Part shown: positions 57,109-64,000 of the stretch, one piece after another
Numbering within the stretch: position 1 is the stretch's first letter
Layout: each line of letters starts with the position of its first letter
Assembly (NCBI GenBank): GCA_044350705.1
Contig: JBILHA010000001.1
Span: forward strand, 355,431-419,430
From: Candidatus Kapaibacterium sp.
GTDB taxonomy: Bacteria > Patescibacteriota > Patescibacteriia > UBA9934
DNA length: 64,000 nt
Reading direction: 5' to 3'
Translations under genes and position numbers: made by a program
The notes under the pieces: model-generated
What the model was told of the DNA's origin: nothing
Seen by the model: only the letters and a program-made list of their open reading frames with translations
Database searches by the model: none

Positions 57109-57438
57109 TTAATGCATTATACGCTTCCAGGCCTCCGGACGCAGAACACACTGTGCACGAAGAGTAAGCGCGGGAAACTTTGAGGCGAGCGCCCTGCACA
57201 CTTCGTCCGCGACGCCCTGCGCATCAAACCGTGCCGCAGCATTTTTACATGCAAACGTCACCACACTATCCGCATACGATAATACGATCAGATCGTTCTC
57301 CAGCGGTGTTCCGGCAACCGTGCGCATAAGCTCTTCCTGCGCGCTCTCGACAACCCCATGCGCCGTCAGTTGCTCCTTAATGCCATGCCGCTTTGCAAAC
57401 GACGCGAGCAAGCGATTAATTTGACGAGGATTTTTCAT
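57109..57438 (-). CDS. DciA/DUF721-like protein
   Basis: Size and VLSYADSVVTFAC.NAAA pattern. Confidence 0.5.
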   Translation of the reverse strand: MKNPRQINRLLASFAKRHGIKEQLTAHGVVESAQEELMRTVAGTPLENDLIVLSYADSVVTFACKNAAARFDAQGVADEVCRALASKFPALTLRAQCVLRPEAWKRIMH

Positions 57439-57442
57439 ATTG

Positions 57443-60415
57443 CTAACCAAGCTGTGCCGCAGGGCAAATATCTTTAAAGTCGCAGTACTTACACGTCCGC
57501 TCCGAAGGCGTTGGAGTAAAGTCAGAAACCCTTAACTCGTTGACGGTTTCTATCACCAGCTTTCGGAGTTTTTCCTTTTCTTTTTCCGTTGGAACAAAAG
57601 ATACCGTAGAACCGTCTTCCAAATAGTAGTAGGTGAGCTTTACGACGTTCAGCGGTGGATTAAAGCACTGCTCTGCAGCCAAAGCATAGATGACCAGCTG
57701 CCGCTTATCGTCCCACGAGAGCTCTTCTTTTGGCGTTCCTGTTTTATAATCAATAATTTCCACTCCCCCCTCGACGGTATCAATGCGGTCGATACGCCCT
57801 TTGAGCACCACGTCTTCAATGCGGAGATGAAAACCGCATTCGAGCTTCCAGGGTTTTGGCGTTTCCATTTTTACTTGCTCGTAAAACGTCTTCAAGGCCT
57901 CTTTTCCTTTCTCTTTATATTCTTCCTTCACTTCAGGTGAGGGATACCACTCATCAATAAAACACTCGTGATACAAATCAAGGAGCAGCTCGAAGGAAGG
58001 AATGCGTTCTTGGGCTTGTTTTTCCTCTGACCCAAAGAGAGAGACCTGTTGGCTGTTTTGAAGATCTTGCAAACGCTCAAGATATTTTTGCAGCGTTGCG
58101 TGCATGGTTTGCCCGAAAGAAAACTGATGGCGCCCGAAGGTAGGGATCTTTAACAAATGCGCGTACTTATACTGCATCGGGCACGTGGTAAATGCGGCAA
58201 TTTGCGAGAAACTAAACTCCTCAGGAAGGGCGAGCTTGATCTCATCTGCGCGCACCACTTCTTCGCGCTGTTCAAAACGCTCTCCACCCCGTAATGCCTG
58301 GTCACCGCGAACCTGAGGGCGTTTCTTTTCAAGGTCTAATTCAAGGAGAAAACGGGAAGGCTTCCGGGCACGCGATCCTCCGTAATCATCCGCGGAGAGC
58401 AAGAACAATCCCTCTTTTGCACGGGTCATTGCGACGTAAAATAGTCGTCGTTCTTCGGAGATGTGATCATCGAGTTCTGGGATGGCCGGAACAAGCCCAG
58501 GAGGCAACGGAAGTGATTCTGATCGAGAAACGGAGGGGAATCTTTGTTCTACCAGGTTCACGACAAATACATAACGAAATTCAAGACCCTTTGCGCTATG
58601 TACGGTCATCATTTGTACCACATCCGGCCCTGTTTCCGTATCTTTCGGGAGCGCCCCCTCTTCCCCTGCCTCACGTTCTGCATCAAATTCTTCAAGGAAG
58701 TTCGTAAGCGTCGATTCTCCTGGATGAGATTCTCCGAAACGTTTCAGGCGCGTCAGAAACTGTTCGAGGTACTGAAATTGTTCTTTTTGCACCACCTCAG
58801 GAAGTCCCTTGATATCTCCGAGCATTCCCGCTTTCTTCACTACCTCGATGAACATTTCAGCCGCGCTGCATCGTTGCGCATCTTTTGCGAGCTTTTCCTG
58901 CAGCGTGAGGAGATCGCGCATCTTTTCCCGACCTTCTTCAGAGATCGTAGAAGCCTCTGCCGCATGCCGCATGGCGTCTGCGATCACATATCCCTTGCGT
59001 CGTACAAGCGCAAGAAGATCATGCGTATCCTGCGTAGGAACTCCGAGACGTGGATGCGTCAGGATACGATACCACGCAGGGCTATTGAGGGGATCAACGG
59101 CAACGCGTAAATATGCAAGCACATCCAAGATGAGCGGCTTCGTGTACAGCCCTGAGGATGACGCATGTACAAAGGGAATCCCATACCGCTCAAAGGTCTC
59201 CAGGAAGGGCGTCAGGGGATCGTGCGCGCGTGAGAGGATGCAAAAATCTCCCCAAGATGCCTTTCCGGTCGTTACGCGTTCTACAATTTCATGCGCCACC
59301 GCCTGCACTTCGTCTTCCAGGGTATCGGCATGAATATGCGTTACAAATCCTTCGTCCTCGTGATGAGCCTGGAGTTCTTTTGAGATATTCTCCGTTATTT
59401 CCAATCGGTGAGGATCATTCTTGCGAATGAGGCGATATGCCGCATCGAGGACCTGTTTTCCGCTTCGGTAGTTCGTCGTGAGGACGAATCGCTGGCACTC
59501 TGGAAAATCATTTCTGAACTGCAAAATGTTCGCGAGCGCGGCGCCGCGAAACTTGTAAATTGCTTGGTCATCATCTCCCACGACCGTGACATTTCTCCGA
59601 TTCCCCGCGAGCTGTTTGACGATCGCGTATTGGATGGAGTTCGTGTCTTGGAATTCGTCTACAATGATGTACTTATATTGCTCCCGATAGAGCGCCAAGA
59701 TGTTCGGACGCTCGACAAAGAGCTGATGCACCTGCAAGAGCAGTCCTCCGAAATCAATTACCCCTTCTTCGGCAAGAATTTTTTCGTAAAGCGTGTACGC
59801 TCCTGCAAGCTCTTTCCATTTCGTCAGCTCTAATCGCTCTTCAGGCGGAAGGGTGGCATATGCTTCCGGACCCCCTCCTGCTCTTTCCTGCCAGAGGTCT
59901 TCAACATGCGCCGCGTAGCGATCCGGGGTAATCCCCTCATCTTTACACCGTGAAAAGTGCTTGAGCATTTCCCGTAAAAACTTTGTAGGGTTTCCTCGAG
60001 GCCGGAAATAATCAAGCGAAAAACGAGCAAGGTGTTTTCTCAGGAGAAGCCATGCATCAATTTCCGTCAGAATACGCATGTCACCTGGAAGACCCATTTC
60101 AAGACCATATCGCGCAAGAATACGCTCACAAAAGGCGTGGAAGGTTGCGATGCTCGTATCTACATAGCCAATCGGGAGCAGACGATCCACACGTTCTTCC
60201 ATTTCGCGCGCCGCCTTTTCCGTAAACGTAAGCGCGAGAATTTCTTCCGGCTTTGCTCGTTCGCTTGCGATCAACCAAGCAATCTTACGCGTGATCACGG
60301 TTGTTTTTCCGGTTCCTGCGCCTGCAATAATCATCTGCGGCCCATCCGGCGCAGTGATTGCTGCTTTTTGCACCTCATGAACATCCTGTAAGAGTGTTTC
60401 TCCCCACGCCTGCAT
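57443..60415 (-). CDS. UvrD/PcrA-family helicase with C-terminal PD-(D/E)xK nuclease
   Basis: AGAGTGKT, VDEFQD, GDDDQAIY.FRGA, TVHSAKGLEF, EERRLFYVAMTRA; GRIDRID..IIDYKTG; Cys set CPMQY...CKYCDFKDIC. Confidence 0.93.
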   Translation of the reverse strand: MQAWGETLLQDVHEVQKAAITAPDGPQMIIAGAGTGKTTVITRKIAWLIASERAKPEEILALTFTEKAAREMEERVDRLLPIGYVDTSIATFHAFCERILARYGLEMGLPGDMRILTEIDAWLLLRKHLARFSLDYFRPRGNPTKFLREMLKHFSRCKDEGITPDRYAAHVEDLWQERAGGGPEAYATLPPEERLELTKWKELAGAYTLYEKILAEEGVIDFGGLLLQVHQLFVERPNILALYREQYKYIIVDEFQDTNSIQYAIVKQLAGNRRNVTVVGDDDQAIYKFRGAALANILQFRNDFPECQRFVLTTNYRSGKQVLDAAYRLIRKNDPHRLEITENISKELQAHHEDEGFVTHIHADTLEDEVQAVAHEIVERVTTGKASWGDFCILSRAHDPLTPFLETFERYGIPFVHASSSGLYTKPLILDVLAYLRVAVDPLNSPAWYRILTHPRLGVPTQDTHDLLALVRRKGYVIADAMRHAAEASTISEEGREKMRDLLTLQEKLAKDAQRCSAAEMFIEVVKKAGMLGDIKGLPEVVQKEQFQYLEQFLTRLKRFGESHPGESTLTNFLEEFDAEREAGEEGALPKDTETGPDVVQMMTVHSAKGLEFRYVFVVNLVEQRFPSVSRSESLPLPPGLVPAIPELDDHISEERRLFYVAMTRAKEGLFLLSADDYGGSRARKPSRFLLELDLEKKRPQVRGDQALRGGERFEQREEVVRADEIKLALPEEFSFSQIAAFTTCPMQYKYAHLLKIPTFGRHQFSFGQTMHATLQKYLERLQDLQNSQQVSLFGSEEKQAQERIPSFELLLDLYHECFIDEWYPSPEVKEEYKEKGKEALKTFYEQVKMETPKPWKLECGFHLRIEDVVLKGRIDRIDTVEGGVEIIDYKTGTPKEELSWDDKRQLVIYALAAEQCFNPPLNVVKLTYYYLEDGSTVSFVPTEKEKEKLRKLVIETVNELRVSDFTPTPSERTCKYCDFKDICPAAQLG

Positions 60416-60417
60416 AT

Positions 60418-61791
60418 TTAGGTCTGAATACCTTCTACTGCTTTGACCATGAGCGCCAGGGCATCTGCGTACAGAAACCACGCTCCATATGCGGTCATGA
60501 TAATGAGGAGAAGCGCACTGAGCTTCACCATCCATTTTTCCGAATACTGCACATCAGCTTCTGTCCAGGCACGCATCATTCGCACGCTGAGCGTAAAGAG
60601 AGTGTACGCAAGCATCAGCGTTGCAACGGTCGCCACCATTGGCATCATCTGCATGCCGTACCCCGTGCTTAACACAAACGGCACGAAGAATGGGCTTACC
60701 ATCGGCATTCCTGCGAGCACTAAAATCGCATATTTTTTCATCCGCACACTCCACCACGCTCCTCCCTGGACAAGGATGCAGATCGTTCCTACAAGAACGT
60801 ATCCCATGAAGATCATGAGCGCAGGAATAAAACCCGCTGCTCCATATCCGCCCGATACTAACGCCATCCCGAGGAGCAAAATTGCGAATATTTCCCCCGT
60901 ACTTTCCTTCGCGCGCAGATATTCAACCAATGTTACGGCTGAAAATATACTAAATACGATGAGCATCTTTTGTACAAAAGGCTCTCCTTGATTTCCTCCC
61001 CATGCAGGAAGCGTGAGGAGATGAGGGAAGAGTGCAACGGGAAGGAAGATGCGCATGAGCAACCGCTGCGCCTTTGGCAACTCTGCAACTCCTTTCCTGA
61101 ACCAAACCATGCCAGGAACTAATCCCAAAAACCATAATGCCGAGAACCCAATTACCGTCATGCCCAGAAACGCCAAGACAGGCACTGATCCCGTCATCCC
61201 TGCACGAACTTCACTGCTCGTGAGCATGAGCTCTCCGGTGTGCTGATATCCGCCCACAAGGAGTAGTGTGATGCCAAGCGCAAAGACCGCAAACGCTCCA
61301 CCGATACCGATGGTATATTTTCTCAGTCGTTGCAACATGTGGTCTGGCGCTTCGTACAGCGAGCCAATGCAGGTCATCATAAACGTGATGAATACCCCAA
61401 AGAGCACCAGAGGCAGCGCTTCAGCAAGCAGGGTCAGAAGTACTCCTCCAAATCCTCCCACGAGCGTTACACTACGTAGTGTAAACAATTGTCGAGATCC
61501 TATTCCCCTTTCAAAACATGCTCCCCACCAAAGTGCAAACGCGAATACAATTGCCCCCCAGCTGATCGCGAGCGGGATGAGCAGAAGGCCTCTCAGCGTA
61601 TCTACAACGAGAAAACCTTGTAACGCACTGACAGGCGCCCCTCCTAACACCGGCACTGCCAGTGCCCCCAATGCAAGCGAGGTGAGCACAGCATTCACGA
61701 CAAACCACGTACGCAACATTTTTTCTTTTAACGGAAGAAAACACGCTGCGACTGATCCGAGAAGCAATACCGCTACAAGAAGAAATTCCAT
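60418..61791 (-). CDS. Divergent HyfF/NuoM/Mrp-type antiporter-like membrane protein
   Basis: Multi-TM; LVVDTL, LRKYTI, GLVPGMVWF, LAGMP resemble Proton_antipo_M. Confidence 0.55.
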   Translation of the reverse strand: MEFLLVAVLLLGSVAACFLPLKEKMLRTWFVVNAVLTSLALGALAVPVLGGAPVSALQGFLVVDTLRGLLLIPLAISWGAIVFAFALWWGACFERGIGSRQLFTLRSVTLVGGFGGVLLTLLAEALPLVLFGVFITFMMTCIGSLYEAPDHMLQRLRKYTIGIGGAFAVFALGITLLLVGGYQHTGELMLTSSEVRAGMTGSVPVLAFLGMTVIGFSALWFLGLVPGMVWFRKGVAELPKAQRLLMRIFLPVALFPHLLTLPAWGGNQGEPFVQKMLIVFSIFSAVTLVEYLRAKESTGEIFAILLLGMALVSGGYGAAGFIPALMIFMGYVLVGTICILVQGGAWWSVRMKKYAILVLAGMPMVSPFFVPFVLSTGYGMQMMPMVATVATLMLAYTLFTLSVRMMRAWTEADVQYSEKWMVKLSALLLIIMTAYGAWFLYADALALMVKAVEGIQT

Positions 61792-61794
61792 AGG

Positions 61795-63417
61795 TTAGAA
61801 AAGGATGATGAGCGTTACCAGGAAAAAGGCGAGGAGCACCACACTCGCTTCTTTCATAGTCATTTGCGTAAGACGATGTTCCCCTTCGGTCAGCGCAGCG
61901 TTGAGCGTTTGTTTCATTGAAGTTCCATACACCCCTCCCTGCGTTGCAACTTTTGGAAGCGCCAAATATCCCTCAATGCGCTCCACAAAAGCACGTGCAG
62001 AGCCAGCAATTTTTGCCCATGCATCTGGCTTCTTTTTTTTCATGATCATTGCGCCTCCCACGAAAAGCGCGCTCGCCCCGAGCAGCATCCATGGAATGAG
62101 CGTGAGCACGGTTTCAGCGAAAGCTATTTCTATACGAGCATCTGGCGCTTCTCCCCCTATCGTTGTTCCGAGATAGGAGAGGATGTGCGCGTACGCAATC
62201 GCACCTATCAACAATATGAACGACTGCACTCCGCCGACGAACGCGCGCTGCGTTCCCCCATTTCCCTGCTGCACAAAGAATCGCGCAAGGAACAACGTGG
62301 TTCCTAGCGTTATCACGATGAGCAGTGCAGTAAATCCTTTCTCTCCCACGGTTTCTGCTGCTTGCCATAAGACACCCAATCCCGCAAACAGAAGGAGCAG
62401 GCCCATTCCTGGAAGCGTACCTGGCAGTGGCGAGAGCAGGAATTGTTGTATGCTCATTTCCTTTTCTTGCCCCTGTACACCGCCTCGTCGATAATCACCC
62501 AATATTCCTGCAGCCGCTAAGGTAATTCCTCCAAAGAGAAAACATTGTACTGCGGTTACTATCTGCATGTTCACCGCGATCATCGTGAGTGGAACAGCAA
62601 AGAACAGCAAATACATGTAACTTTGCATGATCGCATGCTGATTACGCTTTCTTGCAAAATACAACGCCATCAGCGCTGAAAGAAGCGCCACGAGTGTGAT
62701 GAGGAGCGTAGGCGCAGTCCCCAAAAAGAACAGGCAAAGCCGAAGCGTGATGTACATCGGTATGAGTAAATAGGCCCCTGCAAACCAGCGTACACTTGCC
62801 AATGCACCCGCAAAAAGAAAGACCAGTGCAAGCAATACCGTCTTTTCCGGTAACTGTGAAGAAATAGATGCCACGATGGTCATGTCTGCCAGAAACGCTC
62901 CCCCTGAGAGGAGCAATATACTGAGCATCATCGCCCCCATCGCAAAAACAAACCCCATGCGCTCTTTTTGTGCGACTGCGCGAACACCTCCCAACGTAAC
63001 GACGAGAAGCCACGCAATCAGCGTCATGGGCGTTGCGGCTGAAATTACCCCGAGGACAAGAAACATTGCTCCAAACGCACTTTTGAAAACACCCGGTGAT
63101 CTTTCACACAGATGCACAAGGGTCGCCGCTGCAAGAATCACTCCGAATACCGCCGCAAAGCGATCGATATACCAGACGCCCGACACCAAAAGCGGCAGCG
63201 TCTGCGGAAGCAGATGAGGAGCAATCCCCTCTCGCATTCCTCCTGCAATAAGCGCCATCGCCCATCCGGCTCCCACCACGCCGATTGCTGCAATTATTCT
63301 CCCGAGCGTTTGGAGTACGTTTTTCGTTTTTTGCGCACGAAAAAAGGCTTTCGCCTTCTTCATTCCCTCACTTCCTTTCTGATGTATATTCTTCGCAAGT
63401 GCTCGCATATGATCCAT
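61795..63417 (-). CDS. Divergent HyfB-like multi-TM membrane protein
   Basis: Multi-TM; WYIDRFAAVF, YITLRLC, LSPLPGTLPG patterns. Confidence 0.45.
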   Translation of the reverse strand: MDHMRALAKNIHQKGSEGMKKAKAFFRAQKTKNVLQTLGRIIAAIGVVGAGWAMALIAGGMREGIAPHLLPQTLPLLVSGVWYIDRFAAVFGVILAAATLVHLCERSPGVFKSAFGAMFLVLGVISAATPMTLIAWLLVVTLGGVRAVAQKERMGFVFAMGAMMLSILLLSGGAFLADMTIVASISSQLPEKTVLLALVFLFAGALASVRWFAGAYLLIPMYITLRLCLFFLGTAPTLLITLVALLSALMALYFARKRNQHAIMQSYMYLLFFAVPLTMIAVNMQIVTAVQCFLFGGITLAAAGILGDYRRGGVQGQEKEMSIQQFLLSPLPGTLPGMGLLLLFAGLGVLWQAAETVGEKGFTALLIVITLGTTLFLARFFVQQGNGGTQRAFVGGVQSFILLIGAIAYAHILSYLGTTIGGEAPDARIEIAFAETVLTLIPWMLLGASALFVGGAMIMKKKKPDAWAKIAGSARAFVERIEGYLALPKVATQGGVYGTSMKQTLNAALTEGEHRLTQMTMKEASVVLLAFFLVTLIILF

Positions 63418-63501
63418 AGTCTTTCAAATTTAGCCGGGTTTTTCCATCTCACGGGTGGATAAACAAACCCCCTACCACTTTTTTACAGATAGGGGGCTTA
63501 T

Positions 63502-63927
63502 TTACCGCTTTCTCCTTCCCTTAAGCGCTACACGGTAGCGCGCTACTTCCCGCTCTAGGAGCGCAGCTGCGGCAGCATAGGCAACCTCGTCTCCTGCACG
63601 TACGTTTTTCAGCGCTTGATCAGCTTCTTGCCTTGCTCTTTCAATAGCCTCCAGCGTCAACTCCTCAGAACGTTCTGCCGTATCTGCAAGAATGGTGAGC
63701 GCGTTCTTTGCGATACGTAAAATTCCCGTTGATACTGCGAGAAGCATTTCTTCTCCAGAAGGCGTGATCACACGCATCTCACCCGGAGTAAGAAGCGTTG
63801 TGAGTTCCGCATGCCCTGGGCGAATAGTAATTTCCCCCTTCTGGGTTGAAACCGAAATCTGCCGGGCCTCCCCTTCTGCAACCGTCCGTTCTGGAGTGAT
63901 GATGGAATACTGCACCATAGATAGCAT
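63502..63927 (-). CDS. atpC: ATP synthase F1 epsilon subunit
   Basis: IITPE, GEITIRPGH, AVSTG, ILADTAE. Confidence 0.93.
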   Translation of the reverse strand: MLSMVQYSIITPERTVAEGEARQISVSTQKGEITIRPGHAELTTLLTPGEMRVITPSGEEMLLAVSTGILRIAKNALTILADTAERSEELTLEAIERARQEADQALKNVRAGDEVAYAAAAALLEREVARYRVALKGRRKR

Positions 63928-63951
63928 ATCAACCGCACCTCTTTACATGAC

Positions 63952-64000
63952 CTAGGCTCCAACCTCATCAATCCCCCCCTTCATGTAGAACGCCTGTTCA
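63952..64000 (-). CDS. atpD: ATP synthase F1 beta subunit, C-terminal end (partial)
   Basis: EQAFYMKGGIDEVGA* directly upstream of atpC. Confidence 0.85.
   Translation of the reverse strand, partial: EQAFYMKGGIDEVGA

Noticed and set aside
57443-60415. UvrD-nuclease fusion as a novel defence gene
   Set aside because: AdnAB/AddAB-like repair architecture in a housekeeping context with native gene start
1-64000. Alternative genetic code (TGA read-through)
   Set aside because: Conserved genes are full length under code 11 and TGA terminates several ORFs normally

Overview
Chromosomal segment of a Patescibacteria/CPR bacterium (Parcubacteria-like, plausibly Uhrbacteria-type; inferred from short AlaS/MetG, an RpoA without alpha-CTD, and Shine-Dalgarno-less 'TATG' gene starts). 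Bases 1-5535 are the right end of an AT-rich integrative element sitting at tRNA-Asn(GTT). It carries a large serine recombinase, an excisionase-type HTH, a rolling-circle Rep-like protein and an Avs4-like nuclease-NACHT defence gene that runs off the left edge and is missing from the ORF track. The rest is mostly core genome: pepA, rsmI, metG, tatD, tsaC, alaS, the infA-rpmJ-rpsMKD-rpoA-rplQ-rplM-rpsI operon, a surface-glycan cluster, fmt/def/priA, ppa, CIRCE-controlled clpB, gltX, alr, serS, lysS, greA, mreBC-mrdA, a UvrD-nuclease fusion, two divergent Hyf/Mrp-like membrane proteins and atpC/atpD. The most unusual signal is a dispersed class of at least six self-contained GC-rich mini-cassettes (about 9.5k, 10.2k, 14.4k, 16.6-17.1k, 21.4k and 26.2k). 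They combine AT-rich sigma70-type promoters (two share a 48-bp repeat), mostly hairpin-structured 5' leaders, Shine-Dalgarno motifs that native genes lack, small orphan ORFs and long GC-rich terminators. All calls are by eye; no database searches were run.
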